From: Flavobacteriales bacterium
GTDB lineage: Bacteria > Bacteroidota > Bacteroidia > Flavobacteriales_D > Sanyastnellaceae
Length of the DNA stretch: 64,000 nt
Assembly: GCA_965247015.1 (NCBI GenBank)
Contig: CBDFGG010000005.1
Location: 24,660 to 88,659, forward strand
Direction of reading: 5' to 3'
Shown: positions 26,627-35,580 of the stretch, piece by piece
Layout: each line of letters begins with the position of its first letter
Position numbering within the stretch: position 1 is the first letter of the stretch
Made by a program: the position numbers and the translations under genes
Notes under the pieces: model-generated
Seen by the model: the letters and a program-made list of their open reading frames with translations, nothing else
What the model was told of the DNA's origin: nothing
Database searches by the model: none

Positions 26627-27570
26627 GAATGTTCTTATTCTTTGCAGCCGTGAGCGCTGTTATCGCTTGCACTAATTTGTTTGGAAGCAAAACGCAACCT
26701 ACCGCAGAAGTCATGATTGAAGCGAGACAAATCATGAAACTCGAAGCGCCAAAACCAATTGCAGTCACCCCACAACTACATATTACATCTAAGGAAGATC
26801 TAATTGGCTATTGGGTGGGCACAGGTCTTTCAATGGATACTACTGCCACCGCTGAAAAAAGAAATGATTACACATATGAAAAAATTAATTTCTCGATTGA
26901 TTCAATTCAAGGAGATCTTGTATTCGGTCATACGGTTTGGTTGGGAAAAAGCAAAGCATTCAAAGGCAATCTTCAAAATGAAGGTGGCTTTTACATGATG
27001 CGTGTCAATCAAGAAGGCGATGATAAATGGGTGGGAACATTCATTGCGAATATCGCTCAAAGCGATAGTGTGATGAACATTGTTTGGGAACCACAAAACA
27101 CAAAGATTGATCAAAGCATTGATCTCAGTTTAACCAAAAGCCTTTTTACCTATAGTCCTGAATACTCTATTGAAGATCAAGGACAATTTATCGACTATCA
27201 AAAATCAAAGGAAGTTCGGGAGGTTTTCACCGACGAGGATGGCGAAACCTATGAGTGGGTGGATGATTCTTTTTTTACCACTACCGATGAAGTTTACAAA
27301 TACAATCCTTCAAAGCAATTACTCACCACAGAGCAGGTCGAAAATTTAACGAAAGCAGATATTTTCGTGCTTCGTAATAGTATTTATGCCCGACATGGAT
27401 TTGCATTCCATCATCCTTCATTGCGGGAATATTTTGGATATATGGACTGGTATGTTCCCGTACGCACCAGCATCGAGCACGAATTGTCAGATACTGAAAT
27501 CAAAAACATAGAACTATTACTGCGCTACGAAGAACACGCGAAAGAATTCTACGATGTTTTCGGACGTTAA
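26623..27570 (+). CDS. YARHG domain-containing lipoprotein
   Basis: Lipobox VIAC, and a literal YARHG in LRNSIYARHGFAF. Confidence 0.75.
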   Translation: MRMFLFFAAVSAVIACTNLFGSKTQPTAEVMIEARQIMKLEAPKPIAVTPQLHITSKEDLIGYWVGTGLSMDTTATAEKRNDYTYEKINFSIDSIQGDLVFGHTVWLGKSKAFKGNLQNEGGFYMMRVNQEGDDKWVGTFIANIAQSDSVMNIVWEPQNTKIDQSIDLSLTKSLFTYSPEYSIEDQGQFIDYQKSKEVREVFTDEDGETYEWVDDSFFTTTDEVYKYNPSKQLLTTEQVENLTKADIFVLRNSIYARHGFAFHHPSLREYFGYMDWYVPVRTSIEHELSDTEIKNIELLLRYEEHAKEFYDVFGR

Positions 27571-28189
27571 GCTGGGACTGCGCAATGCGCTACTATTAGC
27601 GCTTTTGATGTATTTCTCCTTCTTGATGTTGGAGATTACATTGCAATATATTCCCATTGATTTGGATGTTGCATTCTTGCGCATCAAGCATGATGTGATA
27701 GGACTAACGCACTATCAAATTGCTTTTTTTACGCATGTCTTCACAAGCATGTTTGCCCTCTTGGCGGGCTTTACACAGTTTTCTTTTTTTCTTAGAAAAA
27801 AATATCCCCTCGTACACCGCGGCATCGGCAAGCTTTACGTCGTGGTGATCCTACTGCTCAGTGGTCCATCAGGACTGATCATGGCTTACTATGCCAATGG
27901 AGGCTGGTCTTCTCAATGGGCCTTCATGCTCCTTGCAATGATGTGGATGTACACTACTTGGAAGGCCTTGTCAACCGCACGGAACAAACAGTTTGATGAG
28001 CATCGCTTTTGGATGATCAGAAGTTATGCTCTCACGCTATCAGCAATTACACTTCGTTTTTGGAAATGGCTCATTGTAGGGATCTTCGAGCCCGCACCAA
28101 TGGATGTCTATCGAATTGTAGCTTGGATGGGATGGATTCCCAATTTACTCTTGGCAGAATTTATCATTTACAAGAACAAAAAAGGATAG
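27554..28189 (+). CDS. DUF2306-like integral membrane protein
   Basis: Six predicted TM segments and a VHRGIGKLYVV motif. Confidence 0.55.
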   Translation: MFSDVKLGLRNALLLALLMYFSFLMLEITLQYIPIDLDVAFLRIKHDVIGLTHYQIAFFTHVFTSMFALLAGFTQFSFFLRKKYPLVHRGIGKLYVVVILLLSGPSGLIMAYYANGGWSSQWAFMLLAMMWMYTTWKALSTARNKQFDEHRFWMIRSYALTLSAITLRFWKWLIVGIFEPAPMDVYRIVAWMGWIPNLLLAEFIIYKNKKG

Positions 28190-28199
28190 CACATCCGTG

Positions 28200-28207
28200 T
28201 ATCTTTG
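28200..28207 (+). promoter_or_regulatory. Consensus -7 box (TATCTTTG), 4 nt upstream of the ATG at 28212
   Basis: TATCTTTG-aagc-ATG. Confidence 0.4.
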
Positions 28208-28211
28208 AAGC

Positions 28212-28712
28212 ATGGATTTTCTACAAAGACAACGTTTGGATGATCTTTTCTTTGAAGCAGACAATCTCATCAAGGAAAAGAAAATTACAGAAGCATTCTC
28301 AACGCTTGAGGTGATTCTCATTGAAGCACCCGACTATGGTCGCGCTTACAATCACTTAGGTTGGATTTATGAAACGCAATATCGCGATTATGCAAAGGCA
28401 GAAGAATTCTACCGCAAATGCATGGCATTGGATCCGAATTATACTCCCATTTATTTAAACTTTTCAATCTTACTCAGCACGCTTGGTCGATACGAGGAAC
28501 AAAAGCAACATCTTCTGAATGCCCTGTCAATTCCCGGTATTGACAAACCTGGTATTTATAATGAATTGGGTATTGCACTTGAAATGTTGGGTCAATATGA
28601 AGAGGCCATCGATAACTACAAAATGTCGATCAAGCTCAGTCTCAATAGTGCGATGATAGACACCTATCTCAACTCTATCGATCGTTGCAATAAGAAGAAA
28701 TCAATTCTATAA
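28212..28712 (+). CDS. TPR repeat protein
   Basis: TPR-like repeats (AYNHLGWIYE, AEEFYRKCMALDPNY, IYNELGIALE). Confidence 0.7.
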   Translation: MDFLQRQRLDDLFFEADNLIKEKKITEAFSTLEVILIEAPDYGRAYNHLGWIYETQYRDYAKAEEFYRKCMALDPNYTPIYLNFSILLSTLGRYEEQKQHLLNALSIPGIDKPGIYNELGIALEMLGQYEEAIDNYKMSIKLSLNSAMIDTYLNSIDRCNKKKSIL

Positions 28713-28715
28713 GTC

Positions 28716-29258
28716 ATGTACGACATCGTCAAAGCCTTACATATCATCTTTATCGTTACCTGGTTTGCAGGGTTGTTTTACATGTTTAGACTATATGTCT
28801 ATCACGTAGAAGTAGCAGATAGAGACGAACCAGATCGTTCTATTCTGCTTACACAACTGCGGTTGATGGAAAAGCGCTTGTGGTATATCATCACATGGCC
28901 TTCGTGCATTCTTACGCTCATCTTCGGTCCGTGGATGGTGGTGCTCAATCCCGATTTAATGACTCAGCCATGGATGCATTTGAAACTACTTTTCATTGTT
29001 TTTCTTTTGATGTATCAGTGGTATGGTCAGGTGATCTACAAACGCTTAGGCGTTAATCCAAAAGCATTCAAATCATTCTACTTGAGATTGATGAATGAAG
29101 TAGGGACATTGATCCTTGTTTCTGTTGTATTTCTGGTGGTGCTTAAAGACTCTGTGAGCTGGATCTGGGGCTCGGTTGGACTGGTCGGACTCGGAGTGAT
29201 GCTTGCCTTTTTCGCGAAGATGTATAAGAATCGAAGAGAGAAGCGCGAGAAGTCATGA
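28716..29258 (+). CDS. hemJ: Protoporphyrinogen IX oxidase HemJ (UPF0093/CopD-like)
   Basis: The N-terminus (VKALHIIFIVTWFAGLFYMFRLYVYH) is typical of HemJ. Confidence 0.75.
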   Translation: MYDIVKALHIIFIVTWFAGLFYMFRLYVYHVEVADRDEPDRSILLTQLRLMEKRLWYIITWPSCILTLIFGPWMVVLNPDLMTQPWMHLKLLFIVFLLMYQWYGQVIYKRLGVNPKAFKSFYLRLMNEVGTLILVSVVFLVVLKDSVSWIWGSVGLVGLGVMLAFFAKMYKNRREKREKS

Positions 29259-29288
29259 TTTTTTAACCTGATATAACTATCCTTGGCC

Positions 29289-29296
29289 TACCTTTG
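29289..29296 (+). promoter_or_regulatory. Consensus -7 box (TACCTTTG), 38 nt upstream of the mgtE ATG
   Basis: ggccTACCTTTGcagg. Confidence 0.4.
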
Positions 29297-29334
29297 CAGG
29301 GATAATAAACACAAATGGATAGTCCCGTTCCCTT

Positions 29335-30696
29335 ATGCAATGGAATCTTACAAAAGAGCTACTCTCTGAGATTCGTGAGTGGATTGCTGATGGCAAGGAT
29401 ACCGCTCTTCACGAAGTAACGAAAGATTTGCACCCCGCAGATATTGGTGAACTCATCAATGAACTGCGCAGGGAAGAGGCCGTTTATTTATATCGAATTC
29501 TCGACGACGAGCGCGCAGCAGACGTGATGCTGGAGCTCGATGAAGATGTCAGAGAAAAACTCCTTTCAAGCCTTACGAGCCGCGAAATCGCAGAAGACCT
29601 CATCGGTAGCATCGATTCGGATGACGCTGCTGACGTCCTCTCTGAACTTTCTGATGAAAAATTAGAAGAGGTCATCGCTCTCATCGAAGACGAAGAGCAA
29701 GCGAGCGATATCATCGACCTTCTGAACTATGAAGAAGGCACCGCAGGTGCTTTGATGGGAAAGGAAATGGTGGCGGTGAATCAAAACTGGACGGTATCAC
29801 AAGCGATTCGCGAAATGCGAAAGCAAGCAGAAGACCTCGATCACATCTATACCATTTACGTAGTGGATGATAAAGAGATGCTGAAAGGCACACTCAGCGT
29901 GAAGTCTATGATCTTTGCTAGCGCGAGTATGCGCACTACTATTCGTGAACTTTATAAAGACGAAAAAGTAAGAAAGGTATTAGACACTACTCCTGCAGAG
30001 GAAGTAGCCAATATCATGAAGAAGTACGACATGGTAGCCTTACCAGTAGTGAATGATTCAGATATTCTTCTTGGTAGAATTACCATCGATGATATTGTCG
30101 ATGTCATCCAAGATGAGGCCGATAAGGACTACCAAATGGCCAGCGGTATCTCGGAAGACGTTGAGTCGGGTGATAGTATCGTTACGCTTACTCGTGCGCG
30201 CTTGCCTTGGCTATTGATCGGTATGATGGGAGGAATGGTGAGCGCAAATATCATCGGTGTATTTGATATCACTGAGAACCCGCAAATGGCGGTGTTCATG
30301 CCACTCATCGCCGCGATGGGAGGAAATGTCGGAGTACAATCTGCCGCACTTGTGGTAAAAGCGTTGGCCAATAAAAGCGCACTCGATGAAACACTACCTC
30401 AAAAACTTGCAAAAGAATTAGGCGTAGGTCTATTGAACGGAGCAATCTGTTCCGCGATTATTTTCGGAGTGAGTCTGCTATTTCAGATCGATTATCATTT
30501 GAGCCTTACTGCAAGCATCGCACTTTTTTGTGTGATCATTTTTGCAAGCTTCTTCGGCACTTGGATTCCGATGACTTTAAATAAATTCAAAGTCGATCCC
30601 GCCTTGGCTACCGGTCCGTTCGTCACTACCCTCAATGATATCTTTGGTTTGATCATCTATTTTTCGATCGGACATTGGATTCTTCATTTGTCCTAA
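29335..30696 (+). CDS. mgtE: Magnesium transporter MgtE
   Basis: The N-domain contains DLHPADIGELI. CBS pairs follow, and the C-terminal TM domain contains PLIAAMGGNVGVQS. Confidence 0.9.
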   Translation: MQWNLTKELLSEIREWIADGKDTALHEVTKDLHPADIGELINELRREEAVYLYRILDDERAADVMLELDEDVREKLLSSLTSREIAEDLIGSIDSDDAADVLSELSDEKLEEVIALIEDEEQASDIIDLLNYEEGTAGALMGKEMVAVNQNWTVSQAIREMRKQAEDLDHIYTIYVVDDKEMLKGTLSVKSMIFASASMRTTIRELYKDEKVRKVLDTTPAEEVANIMKKYDMVALPVVNDSDILLGRITIDDIVDVIQDEADKDYQMASGISEDVESGDSIVTLTRARLPWLLIGMMGGMVSANIIGVFDITENPQMAVFMPLIAAMGGNVGVQSAALVVKALANKSALDETLPQKLAKELGVGLLNGAICSAIIFGVSLLFQIDYHLSLTASIALFCVIIFASFFGTWIPMTLNKFKVDPALATGPFVTTLNDIFGLIIYFSIGHWILHLS

Positions 30697-30708
30697 GACA
30701 ACATCATT

Positions 30709-31638
30709 ATGAATGTACTTTTTCTTGACTCTGTTCACGAAATCCTCGAGCAACGATTGATTGCGAAGGGATGGAATTGTTCTCATGATTATAAAACGGA
30801 GAAATCTGAACTTCGTCTCGAAGGAGTGAATGGTATTGTCATCAGAAGTCGTTTCACGCTGGATAGAGCATTTCTAACACAAGCTGTAGATCTTAAATGG
30901 ATCGCTCGTTCTGGCTCAGGATTAGAAAACATTGATCTTGAAGCTTGCAAAGATTTAGGCATTCATGTATTCAATAGCCCAGAGGGAAACCGCACCGCAG
31001 TAGCGGAGCACGCAATGGGGATGTTGCTGATGTTAGCCAATCAATTGCGCAAGGCAGACAGAGAAGTGCGTGAGATGAAATGGAATCGAGAGTCGAATCG
31101 CGGATTCGAAATCGAAGGAAAGACCATCGCAATTATTGGATATGGTGTAATGGGAAAAGCTTTTGCGAAGCGCTTATCAGGATTTGATTGCCATGTACTG
31201 GCTTATGATAAATACCTCGATAATTATAGCGATCAATACGCTACTCATGCGACCATGCAAGAGGTATATGAACAAGCAGACATCGTGAGCTTGCATGTTC
31301 CATTGAAAGATGATACCAAATATCTTGTCAATGAAGCTTGGCTCAAGGGTTTTAAAAAGCCAATTGTTTTGCTAAACACCAGTAGAGGTGGAGTAGTGCA
31401 AATAGCGGCCATAGAAGCCGCTATCGTGCAAGGAAATATAAAAGGAGTTGGACTAGATGTATTGGAGTATGAAGAATCCTCTTTCGAGAAAATTAATCTC
31501 AATCACCCTGAGTTTGTAAGTTTAGCCCAACGCGATAATGTTGTCTTATCGCCTCATGTAGCCGGATGGACAGTAGAATCTTATATCAAATTATCATCAG
31601 TTCTAGCAGATAAAATTGATCGTGTTTTTAAATCTTAG
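30709..31638 (+). CDS. D-isomer-specific 2-hydroxyacid dehydrogenase (phosphoglycerate dehydrogenase-like)
   Basis: Motifs GYGVMGKAF (GxGxxG), NTSRGGVV and SPHVAGWT. Confidence 0.8.
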   Translation: MNVLFLDSVHEILEQRLIAKGWNCSHDYKTEKSELRLEGVNGIVIRSRFTLDRAFLTQAVDLKWIARSGSGLENIDLEACKDLGIHVFNSPEGNRTAVAEHAMGMLLMLANQLRKADREVREMKWNRESNRGFEIEGKTIAIIGYGVMGKAFAKRLSGFDCHVLAYDKYLDNYSDQYATHATMQEVYEQADIVSLHVPLKDDTKYLVNEAWLKGFKKPIVLLNTSRGGVVQIAAIEAAIVQGNIKGVGLDVLEYEESSFEKINLNHPEFVSLAQRDNVVLSPHVAGWTVESYIKLSSVLADKIDRVFKS

Positions 31639-32182
31639 GCTTGCTCACTGCTAGAATATCATTGCATCTTTTGATTTCATTATCGAGAGAAATACGTCGG
31701 AGTTTTTCAAACTCCTCATCAAAAACAAAGAATTTCATTTCCTGATCGTATTTCGCAATGTTAAAGGGGACGCGGGATACAGACACATCAAAGCCTTTTG
31801 GCATCTCTTCCATATATGCATTAAGATCGAGTGCGAATGTGTTTTTCCAAGCACGTTTCGGTACGTTCATCGTAAATACATCAATCACTTTCGTGATGTG
31901 TCCTTTTTTTTCAAACTTCACAGAATAGTGACCATTCGCTGGAAGATAAACATCAAAGCGCCCATCGATATCACAACTGAAGCGATAGATCATATCCTTT
32001 CCACCGTGTTTGATAATACTAATATCTCCTTCGGTGGGCATCGAATCTTTTGCCGAAGACATGAATCCATGAATCGCTACATATTGTCCTAGCGTGTCGG
32101 GCATCAACCATTTTGGAAAATCAAGTTGTGCATTTGAGTGAAGCGTACAAACGCTCATGAGTAATAGGATAAAGTATCTCAT
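31628..32182 (-). CDS. Hypothetical secreted protein
   Basis: Signal peptide (MRYFILLLMSVCTLHSNAQ). A CarboxypepD_reg-like stretch (DIDGRFDVYLPANGHYSVKFEKKGH) is present. Confidence 0.6.
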   Translation of the reverse strand: MRYFILLLMSVCTLHSNAQLDFPKWLMPDTLGQYVAIHGFMSSAKDSMPTEGDISIIKHGGKDMIYRFSCDIDGRFDVYLPANGHYSVKFEKKGHITKVIDVFTMNVPKRAWKNTFALDLNAYMEEMPKGFDVSVSRVPFNIAKYDQEMKFFVFDEEFEKLRRISLDNEIKRCNDILAVSKPKI

Positions 32183-32473
32183 AGCCTGAACTTTTTAATG
32201 TGTGTTCAGGGTTTGTTACGGCCGCTTTTCTAAAAAAGTTTGGGGTGAAAAAGTGACGAAAGTCACGTCTATCAAGGGTTTTGGCGCTTTGTGTATTTTG
32301 ATTTGTCATTCATGACGACAATCGTGCAACTGATTCCAAATGTTAAATTTTTTGCACAGAAAGCACTCTGAAAAGTCTCAAATTGCAAATATCAGGGTAT
32401 GATATTTTCCTGAATCGGAACAGACTAGTAAATAGAAAGAATGAATTTTTTTGAAAAAAAATGCAACCGAACC

Positions 32474-32944
32474 TTATGAATTCTTGCGTTTGTTTTGAAA
32501 GAAGTTGGTCAGAAGCTGAGCACATTCAGTTTCGAGCACTCCACCCTTGACTTCGGTTTTTGGATGCAGTATTCCTTGCTCATTATCACTGTGCTTGCCG
32601 AATTTGCTGAAGCCTCGCTTTTGATCATAAGCCCCAAACACAATTCTACCGATGCGCGTATTATAAGATGCTCCTGCGCACATCACGCATGGCTCTAGCG
32701 TTACATACAAGGTGCAATCATGAAGTGATTTGCCTCCCAAGAATTCTGATGCAGAAGTAAATGCTTGCATTTCTGCGTGAGCGGTAAAATCATGCAGTTT
32801 TTCTACCAGATTATGACCACGAGCAATGATTTGATTCTCGCATACAATCACGCAGCCGATAGGCACTTCATCTAGATCAAGCGCATTGAGAGCCTCTTTG
32901 ATGGCCATGCGCATGAATCGCTCGTCTGTTTCTGGTGTGATCAT
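32474..32944 (-). CDS. tadA: tRNA adenosine(34) deaminase
   Basis: HAEMQA and PCVMCAGA zinc motifs. The start MITPETDERFM overlaps the trmB stop (ATGA). Confidence 0.85.
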   Translation of the reverse strand: MITPETDERFMRMAIKEALNALDLDEVPIGCVIVCENQIIARGHNLVEKLHDFTAHAEMQAFTSASEFLGGKSLHDCTLYVTLEPCVMCAGASYNTRIGRIVFGAYDQKRGFSKFGKHSDNEQGILHPKTEVKGGVLETECAQLLTNFFQNKRKNS

Positions 32945-33627
32945 ATTCTTGCTCTCACATATTTGATGATTCGATTTTCTTTGAGCCACATTTGCTCATA
33001 GAACGTTCGGATCTTAAGGATGTCTTGCATCTCCTCATCCACAGTGTGAAGATACGGACCATATACATCATCCGAGTGTGCCTCGATAGTGCAGCCAATG
33101 CTTGGGAGTTCTTTCATCGCCTTTTCATAAATACCGGGATTGTCATGCTTGATATGTATGATGGCTTGAGGCTTCAGGAAGTTCTTATATTTTTCGACAT
33201 ACCAAGGCGAAGTGATTCGGCGGTTGCCGATGTAATCGAGAGGTTGAGGATCGCTGAAGGTGAGCCAGATTTCAGATACTTCATCTTTTCCAAAATAAGC
33301 TTCAATGAATTCGATACGCGTGCGAAGAAACGCGACGTTTGGAAGACCTTCTTGAATCGCTTCTTTAGCACCTTTGTGAAAGCGATGTCCTTTCACATCG
33401 ATACCAATAAAGTTTTTATGGGGAAAACGACGTGCTAGTCCAACAGTGTATTCTCCTTTACCACAGCCCAATTCAAGCACGATGGGGTTATTGTTTTTAA
33501 ATACCTTCTCGTGCCATTCACCCTTGTTGTAGGTGAGGCCTTTCTTGATTACATCCATCAGAGGCGGTTGGTGCACATTATGGAATTGCTCGTTTTCCGC
33601 CCACTTTTTGAGTTTGTCTTTTCCCAT
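32941..33627 (-). CDS. trmB: tRNA (guanine-N7)-methyltransferase
   Basis: Motifs LELGCGKGEYTV and IWLTFSDP. The start MGKDKLKKWAEN is preceded by TATTTTTG (33636-33643) 8 nt upstream. Confidence 0.85.
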   Translation of the reverse strand: MGKDKLKKWAENEQFHNVHQPPLMDVIKKGLTYNKGEWHEKVFKNNNPIVLELGCGKGEYTVGLARRFPHKNFIGIDVKGHRFHKGAKEAIQEGLPNVAFLRTRIEFIEAYFGKDEVSEIWLTFSDPQPLDYIGNRRITSPWYVEKYKNFLKPQAIIHIKHDNPGIYEKAMKELPSIGCTIEAHSDDVYGPYLHTVDEEMQDILKIRTFYEQMWLKENRIIKYVRARI

Positions 33628-33671
33628 AGCGGCGGCAAAAATAGCGCTACTCCTCTTATCTTGCCCCACAA

Positions 33672-34607
33672 ATGGCGAAATCAAAGCGAATACTCATTGT
33701 TCCGCTCGACTGGGGACTCGGTCATGCTGCACGATGCATCCCCATCATTCGTGAGCAGTTAGGGAAGGGGCATGAAGTCGTATTAGCGTCGAATGGTCGC
33801 TCCAAAGCTTTGCTGCAACAGTATTTCCCGCAGTTGCATTTCTTGCCCGATCCACCTGATTATGCCGTTCGATACAATTCAAGTGGAAGTTTTTGGTGGA
33901 AAATAATACTACAGATTCCACATCTATTAAAAACTATTAGAAGAGAACATGAATGGCTGAAACAACTTCAAGAACACTATCGATTCGACGAAGTAATTTC
34001 GGATAATCGTTATGGTTTATATCTACCGAACGTTCGTTCGGTTATTATCACACACCAAACAGCTCCTATTGTTCCGGGAATTGTAAGTGGATTTGTACAT
34101 CGTAAGATTAGTTCATGGTTAGAGCGTTTCGAAGAATGTTGGATTCCAGATTACAAGGATGAAGCGACTTCATTGGGAGGCAAATTATCACATACCAACG
34201 TGCCCTCCAACGCTCGATACATCGGGCCTTTGAGTAGGTTCAGAGGGATGATTATAGAGAAAGATGAGACCTACACACAAGTAGCCATCGTCTCTGGTCC
34301 GGAGCCTAGTAGAAGTATTTTCTTGGAAAAAATGAAAGCGCAATTCCACGCCTCCTCTCAACCGTCGCTGATAGTCTGCGGCTCACCGGAGTTGTCGTAT
34401 GATAAAAGAGAAGGATCTATACGATTCGTTTCCCATCTCGATGATCGTCAGTTGGCATCTTACTTAAAAGGCGCCAAAGAAGTCCACTCCCGCAGCGGCT
34501 ACAGTTCGTTAATGGATTATCATGTATTAAGCATTACTACCGCCATCCTCACCGCCACTCCCGGGCAGACGGAGCAGGAGTATTTGGCTACAAGGGTTAG
34601 GGGTTAG
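33672..34607 (+). CDS. MurG/GT28-like glycosyltransferase, possibly 3'-truncated; the last codons and the stop lie in a heptamer array
   Basis: The N-terminus (ILIVPLDWGLGHAARCIPIIREQ) and SRSGYSSLMD...TPGQTEQEYLA. The ORF then runs TRVRG-stop inside gggttaggggttagggg. Confidence 0.7.
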   Translation: MAKSKRILIVPLDWGLGHAARCIPIIREQLGKGHEVVLASNGRSKALLQQYFPQLHFLPDPPDYAVRYNSSGSFWWKIILQIPHLLKTIRREHEWLKQLQEHYRFDEVISDNRYGLYLPNVRSVIITHQTAPIVPGIVSGFVHRKISSWLERFEECWIPDYKDEATSLGGKLSHTNVPSNARYIGPLSRFRGMIIEKDETYTQVAIVSGPEPSRSIFLEKMKAQFHASSQPSLIVCGSPELSYDKREGSIRFVSHLDDRQLASYLKGAKEVHSRSGYSSLMDYHVLSITTAILTATPGQTEQEYLATRVRG

Positions 34608-35050
34608 GGGATAGGGGTTTGGGGAAAGGAGTTCTTGGTTCTTAGTTCTTGGTTCTTGGAAAATTCATTCTCATTCTGATAATTCTCGATTCTCGATTTT
34701 CGATGAGGTCGCTCCACGGATTGGGACTGCCTCTCGCTCCGTTCATTTTTGTAATTGCTTTGCAATTACAACATTCTCTACGCTCGAGGACCCAGCTTAA
34801 CGTACATATATGCGAAAAAGTGAAAAAAGTGGAAAGCTATTGCTTTCCACTTTTTTCACTTTTTCGCATTCCTTCCCAGAAAGCTTTGGGTCCCCGAGCG
34901 TAAAGCTCATTTTCGTGCGAAGCTAGAAATGATGAGCTTGGAGCGAGGGGCAGTCCCAACCCGTGGCCCGCCCTCACCCAAGAACCAAGAACTATGAACC
35001 AAGAATTTCGAATAAGCGAAGCGGAATCTCGAATCGAGAATCGAAAATCG
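34594..35050. repeat. Composite palindromic element made of heptamer arrays (GGTTAGG, GGTTCTT, GATTCTC and their complements) flanking a ~260-bp imperfect palindrome with a perfect 28-bp central hairpin
   Basis: Central arms are 34810-34837 and 34842-34869, with loop tatt. Outer arms 34714-34740 and 34940-34966 pair at 25 of 27 positions. Middle arms are 34781-34796 and 34883-34900. The element fills the whole gap between two convergent genes. Confidence 0.9.
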
Positions 35051-35051
35051 A

Positions 35052-35510
35052 TTACCCTTTATTTTTGATCTGCAACCCCATCAGAAAATTCCGCATGATC
35101 TGGTCTTTGCAAGGGCGGTATTGTGGGGCTGTGGGATTGCGGAAGAATGCACTTAACTCGTGCTTGCTAATCTTGAAATCTGCCAACTTCAATATCTCAA
35201 TGATATCTTCATCGATTAAACTGAGGGCAATCTTAATTTTTCTAAAAATAATATTGTTGTTCAAACGCTCCTCAGCCGCGGGCTGTGGACCTTCTTTGCG
35301 ACCGCGATGCGCAATGATGAAGCCATTTAAAAATGTCGCAAACTGAACATCTTTCAACTCTTTGTAAGCTGGGTCTTCTTCTTTCTTCAGCCAATCACTC
35401 ACCTCCGAACGTGTCACTACCATGCCACCATCAGCAAATAACTTGATCATCGCATCATCACCGTAGTCGAATATGTAGCGCAACTTTTTGAGAATGTCAT
35501 TGTTTGTCAT
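35052..35510 (-). CDS. DUF1456 family protein (YehS-like)
   Basis: The N-terminus (MTNNDILKKLRYIFDYGDD) and the two-repeat architecture. Confidence 0.75.
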   Translation of the reverse strand: MTNNDILKKLRYIFDYGDDAMIKLFADGGMVVTRSEVSDWLKKEEDPAYKELKDVQFATFLNGFIIAHRGRKEGPQPAAEERLNNNIIFRKIKIALSLIDEDIIEILKLADFKISKHELSAFFRNPTAPQYRPCKDQIMRNFLMGLQIKNKG

Positions 35511-35544
35511 GCTGCGAAGATAACCGTCACCCTGTGGTTTTGCC

Positions 35545-35552
35545 TAACTTTG
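35545..35552 (+). promoter_or_regulatory. Consensus -7 box (TAACTTTG), 28 nt upstream of the apbC ATG
   Basis: gccTAACTTTGcgcg. This supports the start at 35581 over the track start at 35557. Confidence 0.45.
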
Positions 35553-35580
35553 CGCGGTGTGGTTTAAGAAAAAAACAAAT

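Noticed and set aside
29259-29334. A possible M-box (Mg2+) riboswitch upstream of mgtE.
   Set aside because: The gap is only 76 nt, and the -7 box is 38 nt from the ATG. That is too short for an M-box aptamer of about 160 nt, and no matching conserved helices were seen.
34594-34624. Telomere-like TTAGGGG repeats suggesting eukaryotic or linear-replicon ends.
   Set aside because: Only about 2 exact units are present. They are embedded in a bacterial intergenic heptamer array between ordinary chromosomal genes. I treated the sequence as a G4 motif only.
34649-35346. Plus-strand ORFs 34649-34903 and 34963-35346 from the ORF track.
   Set aside because: The first lies entirely in the palindromic/heptamer element. 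The second starts in the array and runs antisense through the DUF1456 gene. Neither has a protein-like sequence.
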